Assembly (NCBI GenBank): GCA_016220165.1
Contig: JACRIE010000022.1
Coordinates: 5,456-69,455 of the forward strand
Direction of reading: 5' to 3'
DNA length: 64,000 nucleotides
Source: Candidatus Peregrinibacteria bacterium
GTDB taxonomy: Bacteria > Patescibacteriota > Gracilibacteria > UM-FILTER-43-11 > JACRIE01
The position numbers and the translations under genes were made by a program. The notes beneath the pieces are model-generated. The model saw only the letters and a list, made by a program, of their open reading frames with translations, searched no databases and was not told the origin of the DNA. The number at the start of each line of letters is the position of its first letter. Within the stretch, counting starts at the first letter, position 1. Positions 20,778 to 32,417 of the stretch are shown one piece after another.

Positions 20778-21973
20778 TAATAGTATTTCCTCCCATTCAG
20801 TTCCTCTGGAAAATATTCCTGTCCGCTGCTGTCTTGAAGCGGCGTGTATTTGTAATCTTTCCCGTATCCCAAATCCTTCATAAGATCCGTAGGCGCGTTG
20901 CGTAAGTGGAGCGGCACGCCTAAATTTCCGAATTGTTCAACGTCCGCCTTGGCCTTGTTGTAGCCCTGATACGCCGCAATCGATTTTTTGGCGTGGGCCA
21001 AATAAATCACGAGTTGCGCCAAGTGAACGCTGCATTCCGGCATGCCAAGCTTATGACATGTGTCAAACACATTGTTCGCCAAAACGGTCGCGAAGTTATC
21101 CTCCACGCCCACATCTTCCGCCGCGAAGCGAAGCAAGCGGCGCGCGATGTAGAGCGGATCCTCGCCAGCCTCGAGCATGCGGGCCAGCCAATACAGGCCG
21201 GCGTGGCCATCGCCCCCGCGAAGGGATTTGTGGAGCGCGGAAATGATGTTGTAATGTTCCTCGCCGTTTTTGTCGTACAAAAGGTTCGATTTTTGAACCA
21301 CCTGCTTCACGAGTTCCGACGTAACATTTTTCTGCTGTTTGGCGCAGATCTCGAGCGTCGTGAGCGCCGCGCGCGCGTCTCCATTGGACAAATGAGTGAT
21401 CAGATGGAGAGTATCCTCATCAATTTTGATTTTTTCTTGGCCTAAACCATGGGTTTTATTCGTCAGCGCGCGGCGAAGAATCTCAAGTAGATGCGCTTCG
21501 CTCAGGCGCTTGAGAACGAACACGCGCACCCGTGAAAGCAGCGCCGAAATCACCTCGAAACTCGGGTTCTCCGTGGTCGCGCCGATGAGCGTGATGAGTC
21601 CATGCTCCACATGAGGAAGCAGCGCGTCCTGCTGGGCCTTATTCCAGCGATGAATTTCGTCCACAAAAAGAATCGTACGTATGTTCAAACGCTTACTCTC
21701 TTCGGCGCGTTCGATCGCCGCGCGAAGATTTTTGATGCCGCTCCCCACGGCGCTGAGTTCGATAAAATCCGCTTTTGTTTTCTCGGCAATGATATGCGCG
21801 AGCGTAGTTTTACCGCTCCCCGGCGGCCCCCAAAAAATTGAACTGGGCGCTTCGCCCTTTTCAATCGCCTCACGAAGGAAGGCGTTTGCGCCAACCAATT
21901 CCTCCTGTCCAAAAAAATCCGCAAGCGATCGCGGCCGCATACGCACGGCGAGCGGTGAAGTTGAATCAGTCAT
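20777..21973 (-). CDS. rarA: Replication-associated recombination protein A (RarA/MgsA)
   Basis: PLAVRMRP, GPPGSGKTT, DEIHRW, TTENPSF, ISALHKSLRG. Confidence 0.95.
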   Translation of the reverse strand: MTDSTSPLAVRMRPRSLADFFGQEELVGANAFLREAIEKGEAPSSIFWGPPGSGKTTLAHIIAEKTKADFIELSAVGSGIKNLRAAIERAEESKRLNIRTILFVDEIHRWNKAQQDALLPHVEHGLITLIGATTENPSFEVISALLSRVRVFVLKRLSEAHLLEILRRALTNKTHGLGQEKIKIDEDTLHLITHLSNGDARAALTTLEICAKQQKNVTSELVKQVVQKSNLLYDKNGEEHYNIISALHKSLRGGDGHAGLYWLARMLEAGEDPLYIARRLLRFAAEDVGVEDNFATVLANNVFDTCHKLGMPECSVHLAQLVIYLAHAKKSIAAYQGYNKAKADVEQFGNLGVPLHLRNAPTDLMKDLGYGKDYKYTPLQDSSGQEYFPEELNGRKYY

Positions 21974-22149
21974 ATTCTGGATTTGTCATTCTGCCCCGTA
22001 GCACCGTGCGGGGTCAGGATCTTAAAATAAGGTATTGCATTCTTATTATATATCATTATTATAGTAAACGTTTGTTCACTAATCAAAATTCGATTCAGCT
22101 CATCTTGACCCTGAGAATCATACGAATGGGTCAACCGCAATTTTTTTAT

Positions 22150-22187
22150 TTGATTTTGTAGCTACAAAAGAATAGTCTGTAGCTACA
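22150..22187 (+). promoter_or_regulatory. TA promoter with two TGTAGCTACA palindromic operators
   Basis: TGTAGCTACA at 22157 and 22178 (21-bp period) overlapping TTGATT-17-TAGTCT. Confidence 0.7.
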
Positions 22188-22206
22188 GAATCCGCGCTTA
22201 TCCTAT

Positions 22207-22449
22207 ATGTCACGACATGAAAAGCTAATTCAAAAATTTACCGAACGACCAAAATCTCTGAGATACCATGAAATTGAATCGATATTATTGTATCTGGGAT
22301 TCACAAAAGACCGCGGCAAAGGAAGCCATGTGTGTTTTAGACATCCCCTGGTCAAAAGAGACGTCACTATTCCTGTCCACAATAATGACTGTAAAACTAT
22401 TTATAAAAAAGAAACTGCTAAAATAATAAAAATTTATTTTTCATTATGA
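22207..22449 (+). CDS. hicA: HicA-family toxin (mRNA interferase)
   Basis: 80 aa basic protein; GF...GKGSH..F.HP...TIPVH pattern. Confidence 0.85.
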   Translation: MSRHEKLIQKFTERPKSLRYHEIESILLYLGFTKDRGKGSHVCFRHPLVKRDVTIPVHNNDCKTIYKKETAKIIKIYFSL

Positions 22450-22808
22450 AAAAATCTAAAAAATCAGTTCATTTTATCATGGTCGGCAAAAAAAAATATG
22501 AATACAGTATTGAGTCTCTCAGTAAAAAAATAGTATTTTTTGAATGCGATGCCGCCAATATAGGCCAACAATTTTTAACCGAGGATATACCCGCTCTCTT
22601 AATTGATCTCCCTGAACTGATCATAGGCCGAAAAGAATACGAAAAAAAACAGAATCAGGTTCTGCGCTTCCGCTGCAGCGCGAAAGAACGAAGGGAGATC
22701 GAAAAAAGAGCTATTCAAAAACGCTTCCCGAACATTTCCGCTTTCATAAGAGCCCTGGCGCTCACAGGGGAATTCAAACCGCCGATTCGACAAAAAACCA
22801 ACCTCTAA
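22446..22808 (+). CDS. Putative antitoxin with C-terminal ribbon-helix-helix domain
   Basis: ATGA overlap with hicA; VLRFRCSAKERREIEKRA...NISAFIRALAL RHH-like. Confidence 0.65.
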   Translation: MKKSKKSVHFIMVGKKKYEYSIESLSKKIVFFECDAANIGQQFLTEDIPALLIDLPELIIGRKEYEKKQNQVLRFRCSAKERREIEKRAIQKRFPNISAFIRALALTGEFKPPIRQKTNL

Positions 22809-22858
22809 AACCCTTGATTCTTTTATAATTTCGTGTTAAAAAGCGGGAGAATTTTACC

Positions 22859-23107
22859 GTGAAAATGATGAAAAACGCTGATCAGAAAGAGAGAAATATA
22901 AAGAGAAAAGTGGGAATCGATCTCCTTCAAACCGCCTTGGAATTCGGGGTGATCATCGGGATCCCGCTCATTATTTTCCTGGGAATTGGCCTGCTCCTAG
23001 ACAAAACCTATCATACCGTACCGATCTTCATTATAGTAGGGATGTTTGTGGCCTTGGGCATCTCAACCTACGCTCTCTATAAAAAAATCAGTGAAATTCT
23101 AAAATAA
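22859..23107 (+). CDS. atpI: AtpZ/AtpI-family protein
   Basis: Two TM segments, GLLLD motif, first gene of atp operon. Confidence 0.75.
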   Translation: MKMMKNADQKERNIKRKVGIDLLQTALEFGVIIGIPLIIFLGIGLLLDKTYHTVPIFIIVGMFVALGISTYALYKKISEILK

Positions 23108-23109
23108 GC

Positions 23110-23850
23110 ATGGAAATCTTTCTTAACGCGGAAAAAGTAGGGCAAATCGGATCTTTCGTCATCACCAATACCTTGGTCGCCTCCACCTGTGTGGTTCTTT
23201 TCTTGGTTATTGTGGCCATAAAAATTTTTAGGTCAGGATATGACATCAAAAATCGATTTTATAACTTTGCGGAAATGCTGATCGAAGGCTTCATGTCAAT
23301 CATTGAAGGCGTGGTGGGGCGCGGCATAGTGGCCAAACAGATTTTCGGCGTCATCGTTACTTTCTTCCTTTTTGTAATATTTAATAACTGGTTTGGTATC
23401 TTCCCGGGCATGGGATCCGTCGGAATAAAAGAAGTCGAAGAAGGAAAAGAAGTTTTCGTCCCACTCCTTCGCTCCGCCAACAGCGACCTCAACATGACAT
23501 TGGCGATCGCCCTTGTTTCCGTTTGCTTCATTCAAATCATCGCGATCAAAAATATCGGAATAAAGTCCTATCTTCACAAATTCTTCAATTTTACGAATCC
23601 GATTCTGTGTTTTGTGGGTCTTCTCGAAATTATCAGTGAATTAGTCAAAATTTTTTCATTCTCTTTCCGTCTTTTTGGAAATATTTTTGCCGGCGACGTT
23701 CTTCTGATCGTGATGTTTAGCCTCGTCCCATGGATAGCGCCCATCCCGTTTATGGGAATCGAAATGTTCGCGGGATTCATTCAGGCGCTGATCTTCTCGA
23801 TGCTCACACTCGTGTTTATTAAAGTTTCCGTCTCTCACGAAGAATATTAA
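23110..23850 (+). CDS. atpB: ATP synthase F0 subunit a
   Basis: SFSFRLFGNIFAG, IQALIF. Confidence 0.95.
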   Translation: MEIFLNAEKVGQIGSFVITNTLVASTCVVLFLVIVAIKIFRSGYDIKNRFYNFAEMLIEGFMSIIEGVVGRGIVAKQIFGVIVTFFLFVIFNNWFGIFPGMGSVGIKEVEEGKEVFVPLLRSANSDLNMTLAIALVSVCFIQIIAIKNIGIKSYLHKFFNFTNPILCFVGLLEIISELVKIFSFSFRLFGNIFAGDVLLIVMFSLVPWIAPIPFMGIEMFAGFIQALIFSMLTLVFIKVSVSHEEY

Positions 23851-23928
23851 CGCGACGATCGACAATTGACCTTTGACTTTTGACTTTGAATTTAGGTCAA
23901 ACGTCAAATGTCAGGTGTCAAATGTTAA
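23847..23928. repeat. Inverted TGAC/GTCA heptamer arrays (atpB-atpE spacer)
   Basis: gacaatt gaccttt gactttt gactttg ... gtcaaac gtcaaat gtcaggt gtcaaat. Confidence 0.85.
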
Positions 23929-23943
23929 AAATTTATTTTATAA

Positions 23944-24171
<228 letters not shown>

Positions 24172-24234
24172 GGATCGCTGGGCTTTTTTCTGGCTAACAG
24201 TTAGCCGCTTCTTAGCTAATCGCTATTAAAATAT

Positions 24235-24744
24235 ATGGATCAAATTTTTGAAAAGTTCGGCTTACACCTGAATTTGTTGATCGCTCAGATCATCAACTTT
24301 GGCGTCCTCTTCTTTGTCCTTTATAAATTGGCCTATAAACCGATTCTCAAAGTCCTGGATCAGCGCAGGGAGAAAATCGAAAACAGCCTGAAGCAGGCTA
24401 AAGAAATTGAAGAGAGGACCCTTCGTCTTGAAGAAGATATCAAAAAAAGATTAGCGGAAACAAAACAGCAGGCGGAAGGAATCTTGGCTGAAGCCAAAGA
24501 AATAGCCGAAAAAGTCCATAATGACGGAATGACTAAAACCAATCAGGAGATAGCGGTCATGCTCGCGAAAACTAAGGCCGATATCGCTCAACAAAAAGAA
24601 GGAATGATGACCGATATTAAAGACTACGTTGTACAGACCAGCGTTGAAGTGGTTAAAAAGATCCTCAGTGAAAAATTGGATGAAAAAACACGGGAACGTG
24701 TCGTCATCGATTCTATTAGGGAACTTGCTTCCAGTAAAAAATGA
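24235..24744 (+). CDS. atpF: ATP synthase F0 subunit b
   Basis: QIINF...YKPI...R, coiled coil. Confidence 0.93.
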   Translation: MDQIFEKFGLHLNLLIAQIINFGVLFFVLYKLAYKPILKVLDQRREKIENSLKQAKEIEERTLRLEEDIKKRLAETKQQAEGILAEAKEIAEKVHNDGMTKTNQEIAVMLAKTKADIAQQKEGMMTDIKDYVVQTSVEVVKKILSEKLDEKTRERVVIDSIRELASSKK

Positions 24745-25286
24745 ATCTTAAGCCAAAAATCCTAGCACAGGCGTTCTGGGAAATGATCTGGGAGAAAGGC
24801 GATGAGTCTGTCTCTCATACATTGAATGGTCTTCGGGTCTTCTATAATCTCTATTATTTAGATCAAAACGCTCACGATTTCTTCAGCCATCCGCGCATCG
24901 CGCTTCAGGAAAAATCAAAAATAGCTCAGGATTTCTTGTCATCATTAAAAATGACTGAGACGGCTCAGCGTTTTTTGGCGCTGCTGCTGGCAAAACAACA
25001 GCTACAGGATCTTCCTGTCATTCTCGCTCATCTGCAAAGACTTAGAAATCATCATTTCTCTGTCGCTTCGGTAAAAGTCTCTTTCGCGACTCTCCCCTCA
25101 GAAGGGCAACGAAAAGAGTTGGAGGAAGAAGTAAAAAAAGTTACCAAAGCGACTCGCATCGAATGGAGTGAGACAGTAGATAAAACGCTCCTGGGGGGAG
25201 TCGTGCTTCGCGCTGAAGACAACGTCTGGGACGCTTCCCTCCGATCCAAACTCAAAAAGGTACAAAAAAATCTTTGTAGCACTTGA
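24741..25286 (+). CDS. atpH: ATP synthase F1 delta
   Basis: VDKTLLGGVVL...DASL; operon position. Confidence 0.88.
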   Translation: MNLKPKILAQAFWEMIWEKGDESVSHTLNGLRVFYNLYYLDQNAHDFFSHPRIALQEKSKIAQDFLSSLKMTETAQRFLALLLAKQQLQDLPVILAHLQRLRNHHFSVASVKVSFATLPSEGQRKELEEEVKKVTKATRIEWSETVDKTLLGGVVLRAEDNVWDASLRSKLKKVQKNLCST

Positions 25287-25322
25287 GCGCTTAAAAAATT
25301 AATCTTTAATCGTCAATCGAAT

Positions 25323-26828
25323 ATGACCACGAACGCTAAAGAAAAACTGAATATCATCTTAGAGAACATCAAGTCTCAATTAAGTGGAACCGATCTTTCG
25401 TCTAAGATCGAAGAAGTGGGTTATGTGACCGAGGCGAATGATGGCGTGGCTCGTATTTACGGCCTCAAAAACGTCATGATGTCCGAAATGGTGGAGTTTG
25501 GAGACACCGGCATTTTTGGCTTGGCTCTAAACCTCGAAGAAGACAGCATCGGCGTCGTTGTATTGGGGGACTATGAAAAAATTGCCGAAGGCATGGAAGT
25601 TCGCCTCACCGGCAAAGTGCTACGGGTGCCCGTGGGCGAAGCCATGATCGGACGCGTGGTAAATGCGGTCGGGTTGCCGATTGATGGAAAAGGACCTATT
25701 AAAACTCAAACGTTTTACCCTGTCGAACGCATCGCGTCCGGCGTTATTTCCAGAAAGGGGGTCGATACGCCGCTTCAAACAGGCCTCAAAGCGATCGATA
25801 GCGTGATCCCGATCGGACGCGGCCAACGAGAGCTCATTATCGGAGACCGCCAAACCGGAAAAAGCGCTATCGCGATCGACACAATCATCAATCAAAAGGG
25901 GCAGAATATCATCTCGATTTACGTCGCCATCGGACAACGCAAATCTAAAATCGCCCGTATTGTGCATGAACTGGAGAGAAGAGGCGCTATGGAGCACACG
26001 ATCGTTGTGGTCGCCACGGCCTCGGATCCGGCGCCTTTAAATTACATCGCTCCGTACGCGGGTTGCGCCATGGGAGAATATTTTATGGATAAAGGGAAAG
26101 AATCGCTCGTCATCTATGACGACCTCAGTAAACATGCCGTGGCTTATCGCGAAATGTCACTTTTGCTCCGCCGTCCCCCGGGGCGTGAGGCATACCCCGG
26201 AGATGTATTCTATCTTCACAGCCGCCTCCTGGAACGTTCCGCCAAAATGAGTGAAAAATTTGGAGGAGGATCATTAACCGCTTTGCCCATTATCGAAACT
26301 CAGGCTGGCGACGTGTCCGCCTATATCCCCACGAACGTTATTTCAATCACGGACGGGCAAATCTATCTTGAATCCGACCTGTTCTATAAAGGTATTCGCC
26401 CCGCGGTCAACTCCGGCCTTTCGGTCTCCCGCGTCGGTTCCGCCGCTCAAACCAAGGCCATGAAAAAAGTGGCCGGTCGCCTGCGCCTGGATCTCGCTCA
26501 ATTCCGAGAGCTGGAAGCGTTCGCTCAATTCGGATCGGATTTGGATGAAACCACGCGCAACAAGCTCGAACGCGGAAAACGTTTGGTCGAAATCTTAAAA
26601 CAAAAACAATTCGAACCGCTCCCCTTCGAAAAACAGGTCTGCCTCATTTACGCGGCCGTCAACGGCTTCATGGATTCAGTCGAAGTGGCCAAAATCGCCG
26701 ATTACGAGAAAAAACTTTACGAAAAACTCGACACCGTCCATCTTGCTTTCGCTGAAAAACTAAAAAAAGAAAAACAATTCACGGACGAAATCGAAAAAGA
26801 ACTAAAACAGATTATCGCATCCATGTAA
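25323..26828 (+). CDS. atpA: ATP synthase F1 alpha
   Basis: [29 protein letters not shown]. Confidence 0.98.
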   Translation: MTTNAKEKLNIILENIKSQLSGTDLSSKIEEVGYVTEANDGVARIYGLKNVMMSEMVEFGDTGIFGLALNLEEDSIGVVVLGDYEKIAEGMEVRLTGKVLRVPVGEAMIGRVVNAVGLPIDGKGPIKTQTFYPVERIASGVISRKGVDTPLQTGLKAIDSVIPIGRGQRELIIGDRQTGKSAIAIDTIINQKGQNIISIYVAIGQRKSKIARIVHELERRGAMEHTIVVVATASDPAPLNYIAPYAGCAMGEYFMDKGKESLVIYDDLSKHAVAYREMSLLLRRPPGREAYPGDVFYLHSRLLERSAKMSEKFGGGSLTALPIIETQAGDVSAYIPTNVISITDGQIYLESDLFYKGIRPAVNSGLSVSRVGSAAQTKAMKKVAGRLRLDLAQFRELEAFAQFGSDLDETTRNKLERGKRLVEILKQKQFEPLPFEKQVCLIYAAVNGFMDSVEVAKIADYEKKLYEKLDTVHLAFAEKLKKEKQFTDEIEKELKQIIASM

Positions 26829-26832
26829 TAAA

Positions 26833-26912
26833 ACACCTGGCACATAACTGATGACATCTGACAAAATTCTTTGATTTAAAAAGTCAGGTGTCAAATGTCA
26901 GGAGTCAGGTGT
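26833..26912. repeat. Inverted TGACA/TGTCA heptamer arrays (atpA-atpG spacer)
   Basis: acacctg...tgacatc tgacaaa ... gtcaggt gtcaaat gtcagga gtcaggt gt. Confidence 0.8.
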
Positions 26913-26936
26913 AAAAATTTTATCCGATAAAATTTT

Positions 26937-27851
26937 ATGGCCAAAGATCTCGACATTCGCCGGCGCATCAAATCCGTGAAGAGCACGCGCTCGATCACGA
27001 AAGCCATGCAGATGGTGTCTGCCAGCAAAATGAGGAAAGCGCAGGAACAAGCCTTAAAAACGAGAAATTACGCCTTAAAATCTCTTGAAATTCTAGCCAC
27101 AATTTCAGGAAAAATTACGGATTATCCACACTATTTATTGGCTCGGCCTGAAAAAAAGCGCTGCCTCATGCTCCTAATCACTTCCAACAAAGGATTGTGC
27201 GGCTCGTTGAATGCCAATGTCATGAGAAAAGCATTCGATTTCGTTGAATTCATGAAAAGTAATAAAGGCGTCGAGGCGGAAGAAGTTGATTTTGTGACCC
27301 TTGGAAAAAAAGGAAGAGACATGCTCTTCCGTGCCGGAAAAAAAGTCATTGCTGATTTTTCGGATCTTGGCGAAAGCCTCTCTGTTCTCAATATAGGGGC
27401 CATCACCAAACTCATTTTTGGCGAATTTCAAACTCAAAATTACAGCCGCATTTACATCGCCTACAGCCATTTTGTTTCTGTTCTTTCGCAAAAACCCGTT
27501 GTGAAGAGACTTTTGCCGCTCGATAAGGGTATTTTGGAATATTTGGAAGAAGTCCTGAATAAAAAAAAGGAAGATTTACAAAGAGATTCCTATGAGTATC
27601 TTGTTGAACCGAATCCAAAAGAACTATTAGAGGATCTGCTTCCGCGACTCGTAGAGATTCAAATATTCCAATCCTACCTGGAAGGCTACGCATCAGAACA
27701 ATCCGCGCGCATGGTAGCCATGAAAAACGCCACCGAAGCCGCCGGCGATCTGATTGAAGATCTCACGCTCACATACAATAAAGCCCGCCAAGCAGGCATC
27801 ACGCAGGAGATCTCCGAAATCGTGGGCGGTGTTGAGGCGCTTAAAAAATAA
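26937..27851 (+). CDS. atpG: ATP synthase F1 gamma
   Basis: ITKAMQMVSASK, KGLCGSLN, RQAGITQEISEI. Confidence 0.97.
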   Translation: MAKDLDIRRRIKSVKSTRSITKAMQMVSASKMRKAQEQALKTRNYALKSLEILATISGKITDYPHYLLARPEKKRCLMLLITSNKGLCGSLNANVMRKAFDFVEFMKSNKGVEAEEVDFVTLGKKGRDMLFRAGKKVIADFSDLGESLSVLNIGAITKLIFGEFQTQNYSRIYIAYSHFVSVLSQKPVVKRLLPLDKGILEYLEEVLNKKKEDLQRDSYEYLVEPNPKELLEDLLPRLVEIQIFQSYLEGYASEQSARMVAMKNATEAAGDLIEDLTLTYNKARQAGITQEISEIVGGVEALKK

Positions 27852-27856
27852 TCCGA

Positions 27857-29310
<1,454 letters not shown>

Positions 29311-29320
29311 TTTACATTTC

Positions 29321-29358
29321 TTCCTGAAGGCGAGGATATATATCCTCGCCTTCAGGAA
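29321..29358. repeat. Perfect 38-bp palindrome in the atpD-atpC spacer
   Basis: ttcctgaaggcgaggatat|atatcctcgccttcaggaa. Confidence 0.9.
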
Positions 29359-29366
29359 TCAAAATT

Positions 29367-29828
29367 ATGTCCGAACAAACCTACATTACCCTCGATCTCG
29401 TAACGCTTGAAAAAACCCTCTTTCAGGGAAAGGTCAAAGAAATCATCGCGCCCACAAAAAGCGGAGAAATCGCGGTTCTTCCGAATCACATTCCGCTGGT
29501 CACAGCGCTCCAGGCCGGCGAACTGAAATTAAAAGTGAACGAAGGAGAAGGCATCTATTCTCCGGACATGATTTTCATCGCGATCTCAGGGGGCTTCATG
29601 GAAGTAAAACCGGACAGCGTGGTCAACATCATCGCCGACAGCGCTCTGAGGGTCGATGAAATCGATGAAAAAAAGGCGCTGGAGGCCAAAGAAAAGGCCG
29701 AACAGTTGCTCCGAGAACATGCCGCGGGCATCGCCCGCATGTCCGATCAGGAATTCGCCAGAGCCGCCGCGCAAATCGAACGTGCCGCCGCGCAACTCAA
29801 AGTCTTTCGCCGCAAACGACACAAATAA
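29367..29828 (+). CDS. atpC: ATP synthase F1 epsilon
   Basis: GEIAVLPNHIPL, ISGGFMEV. Confidence 0.95.
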   Translation: MSEQTYITLDLVTLEKTLFQGKVKEIIAPTKSGEIAVLPNHIPLVTALQAGELKLKVNEGEGIYSPDMIFIAISGGFMEVKPDSVVNIIADSALRVDEIDEKKALEAKEKAEQLLREHAAGIARMSDQEFARAAAQIERAAAQLKVFRRKRHK

Positions 29829-29844
29829 TCAATAATTTTCAAAA

Positions 29845-29914
29845 AGCTTTTAGCGATTAGCTCTTAGCTATTAGTCAGAGCTAAAAGCTAGAAGCTAACA
29901 GCTAAAAGCTAATC
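29845..29914. repeat. Inverted TTAGC/GCTAA heptamer arrays after atpC, followed by a TGnTATAAT extended -10 for trxB
   Basis: agctttt agcgatt agctctt agctatt / gctaaaa gctagaa gctaaca gctaaaa gctaatc. Confidence 0.88.
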
Positions 29915-29944
29915 TGCTATAATAATTCCGCCTAATCTTTTGCT

Positions 29945-30871
29945 ATGTCTGAAACAATCGATGTCATTATCATCGGCGCCGGCCCGGCGGGTTACACTGC
30001 GGCGCTCTACGCCAGCCGCGCCAACTTAAAGGTGTTCTGCCTGGAGGGCTGGCAACCGGGTGGACAGCTCACCACGACCACCGTGATCGAAAATTTTCCC
30101 GGGTTTAAGAATGGAGTGGATGGAAACGCGCTCATAAAAGAAATGCGCGCCCAGGCGGCCCGCTTCGGCACGGAATACGACACTGCGGAAGTGGCACGAG
30201 TCGATTTTTCTCATAGGCCCTTCGAAGTTCGCACCGAATCACGGGAATATCACGCCAAAGCCGTCATCATCGCCACAGGAGCGCGTCCTCGGATGCTGGG
30301 GATTCCCTCTGAACAGCGCTTGTGGGCCAAAGGCGTAAGTTCCTGCGCCACATGCGACGGCTTCTTCTTTCGCGGAAAAACCGTGGCCATTCTCGGTGGC
30401 GGCGATTCCGCCATGGAAGAAGCGAACTTCCTGACGAAATTCGCCGTCAAAGTCTATCTGATCCATCGCCGCAGCGAATTCCGTGCCTCAAAAATCATGA
30501 TCGACCGCACCAAGAACAACCCCAAAATCGAATTCGTGCTGAACAAAACCGTCGAAGAAGTGCTCGGCGAGCAACGCGTTACCGGTTTACGACTGAAAGA
30601 CGCTCAAACGGGCGAGCCAAGTGAGCTGAAGCTGGATGGCATGTTCCTGGCCATTGGCCACGTCCCGAGCACGCAAATTTTCAAAGGACAGATCGCCATG
30701 GACGAGGAAGGCTATATCGTGCCACAAAAACACACCATGACCAATGTCGAAGGAATTTTTGCCGCTGGAGATTGCGTGGATCATCGTTACCGACAGGCAA
30801 TTACCGCCTCCGGAGACGGTTGCCGCGCCGCCATTGACGCGGAACGCTGGCTGGCGGCGCGAACCCTGTAG
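29945..30871 (+). CDS. trxB: Thioredoxin-disulfide reductase
   Basis: GAGPAG, CATCDG, GGGDSA, AAGD. Confidence 0.97.
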   Translation: MSETIDVIIIGAGPAGYTAALYASRANLKVFCLEGWQPGGQLTTTTVIENFPGFKNGVDGNALIKEMRAQAARFGTEYDTAEVARVDFSHRPFEVRTESREYHAKAVIIATGARPRMLGIPSEQRLWAKGVSSCATCDGFFFRGKTVAILGGGDSAMEEANFLTKFAVKVYLIHRRSEFRASKIMIDRTKNNPKIEFVLNKTVEEVLGEQRVTGLRLKDAQTGEPSELKLDGMFLAIGHVPSTQIFKGQIAMDEEGYIVPQKHTMTNVEGIFAAGDCVDHRYRQAITASGDGCRAAIDAERWLAARTL

Positions 30872-30895
30872 GCGTGATTCGCGAATCGCGCCTAT
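30868..30895. terminator. GTAG-type palindrome supplying both convergent TAG stops; likely bidirectional terminator
   Basis: gtaggcgtgattcgcgaatcgcgcctat followed by a T-run. Confidence 0.65.
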
Positions 30896-31254
30896 TTTTT
30901 CGGCAACGCCGCCTTCACCTTTTCCATGACCGCTTTGAAAGCTTCTGGTTGCTGAATCGCGAGCTCGGAGAGCATTTTGCGATTGAGCGCGATGTCCGCC
31001 AGCTCCAAACCATAAATAAAACGGCTGTATTGGATACCATTGGCGCGGCATGCCGCGTTGAGACGGATAATCCACAATCCGCGATATTCGCGTTTCTTCA
31101 GACGGCGATCGCGATACGCGTTTTGGCCCGCATGGGCCACAGCCTCTTTCGCGACTTTAAATACATTCTTACGACGATTGCGATAACCCTTGGAAAGCTC
31201 CAAAAGTTTTTTATGCCGGCGATGAGAAGCGACTCCTCGTTTAACTCGGGTCAT
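30892..31254 (-). CDS. rplT: 50S ribosomal protein L20
   Basis: MTRVKRG...AYRDRR...LWIIRLNAA. Confidence 0.97.
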   Translation of the reverse strand: MTRVKRGVASHRRHKKLLELSKGYRNRRKNVFKVAKEAVAHAGQNAYRDRRLKKREYRGLWIIRLNAACRANGIQYSRFIYGLELADIALNRKMLSELAIQQPEAFKAVMEKVKAALPKK

Positions 31255-31265
31255 ACATGAAAAAA

Positions 31266-31481
31266 TTACAAATTAGGAAGAACACGACTAAGCGCTCTTT
31301 TATCAATAGAAGAATTAACAAAAGCCTTCCTGGAAAGGCGTTTCTGACGGCGAGACTTCTGCTGTAATAAATGATTGTGACCCGCTTTTTGGGAAACAAA
31401 TTTACCGCTGCCGGTCTTGCGAAAACGCTTCTTGGCACCGCTAGCGCTTCTTATTTTTCCGACACGTGCTTTTCCTGGCAT
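31266..31481 (-). CDS. rpmI: 50S ribosomal protein L35
   Basis: GAKKRFRKTGSGK...H; lies between infC and rplT. Confidence 0.92.
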   Translation of the reverse strand: MPGKARVGKIRSASGAKKRFRKTGSGKFVSQKAGHNHLLQQKSRRQKRLSRKAFVNSSIDKRALSRVLPNL

Positions 31482-31489
31482 AATATTTT

Positions 31490-31571
31490 AGTTACAAGTT
31501 ACAGATTACCATTCGGTCATGAGCTCATGGTCGAAGGACAAGTTACGAGTGACGAGTTTCTAGTTTCGAAT
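31490..31571 (-). repeat. ACTYGTA heptamer array with nested palindrome
   Basis: Minus strand actagaa actcgtc actcgta acttgt [ccttcgaccatgagctcatgaccgaatgg] atctgta acttgta. Confidence 0.8.
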
Positions 31572-32081
31572 TTACTTTATCGGGTTCAAAATCATGAGAA
31601 GTTGGTTTCCCTGGAGTTTAGGCGCCTGCTCAATCGTGGCGACCGATTCCAGCATTTTATAGAACAAATTCATCTTTTCGATTCCCAGATCGCGGTGGGC
31701 CATTTCACGGCCGCGGAAAATGAGAACGACGCGGATTACATGCCTTTTTTCAATGAATTTTTGCGTTTGGCGCGCCTTAGTTTCCAAATCATGGGTATCC
31801 GTGCGGATACTGAGACGAATAGTTTTAGGTTCCACCTGCTTCTGCTGGCGCTTTTGCTTTTTTTCTAATTTTTTCTGTTTATAAACAAAGTTGCCAAAAT
31901 CCAAAATCTTACAGACCGGCGGTTTGGCCAAAGGAGCGACTTCAACCAAGTCCAACCCCTTTTCAGAGGCCATTTGAAGAGCTTGAGGAGTTGCCACCGT
32001 TCCAACGGTTTCACCCCCTTCATTGATCAAAAGGACCTCAGGGACACGAATTTCAGCATTAATGCGAAAGCGCTTAGAAAT
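31572..32081 (-). CDS. infC: Translation initiation factor IF-3, probable ATT start
   Basis: GLDLVEV...PPVCKILD; frame extends to ATT-SKRFRINAEIR at 32081. Confidence 0.93.
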   Translation of the reverse strand: MSKRFRINAEIRVPEVLLINEGGETVGTVATPQALQMASEKGLDLVEVAPLAKPPVCKILDFGNFVYKQKKLEKKQKRQQKQVEPKTIRLSIRTDTHDLETKARQTQKFIEKRHVIRVVLIFRGREMAHRDLGIEKMNLFYKMLESVATIEQAPKLQGNQLLMILNPIK

Positions 32082-32135
32082 ACGGAAAAAATGAAGAATT
32101 AAAAAAAGCTTTCAAATTTTAAGTAAAAAAGGGCT

Positions 32136-32393
32136 TTAAGTCAAGAGCCACGCGATTCCTATTTCCGCGAGATCCAAAAGAAAAAAGGCGATCAGGGGTG
32201 AAAAATCAATCATGCCGGTATTCGGGAGTAACGATCGGATCACTCTCAAAAAGGGATCCGTGGCCTCATAAATGAAGCGAGTGAAGCGCCCCGGAGAGGC
32301 AGAAGAACGAATCCAGGACATCAAAACGCGCACCAGAATGGCGTATTTCAGGATTTTGATGACATTGAGGATGAAAATCAGAAAAAATTGCAT
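32136..32393 (-). CDS. YggT family membrane protein
   Basis: RVLMSW...TDPFL...IDFSPLI. Confidence 0.9.
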   Translation of the reverse strand: MQFFLIFILNVIKILKYAILVRVLMSWIRSSASPGRFTRFIYEATDPFLRVIRSLLPNTGMIDFSPLIAFFLLDLAEIGIAWLLT

Positions 32394-32417
32394 GAATTTC
32401 CCGAATTTAATTCGTAA

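Noticed and set aside
21990-22135. Hairpins upstream of rarA/hicA as mobile-element ends or an ncRNA
   Set aside because: Two short imperfect stems with no second copy or target duplication in the window.
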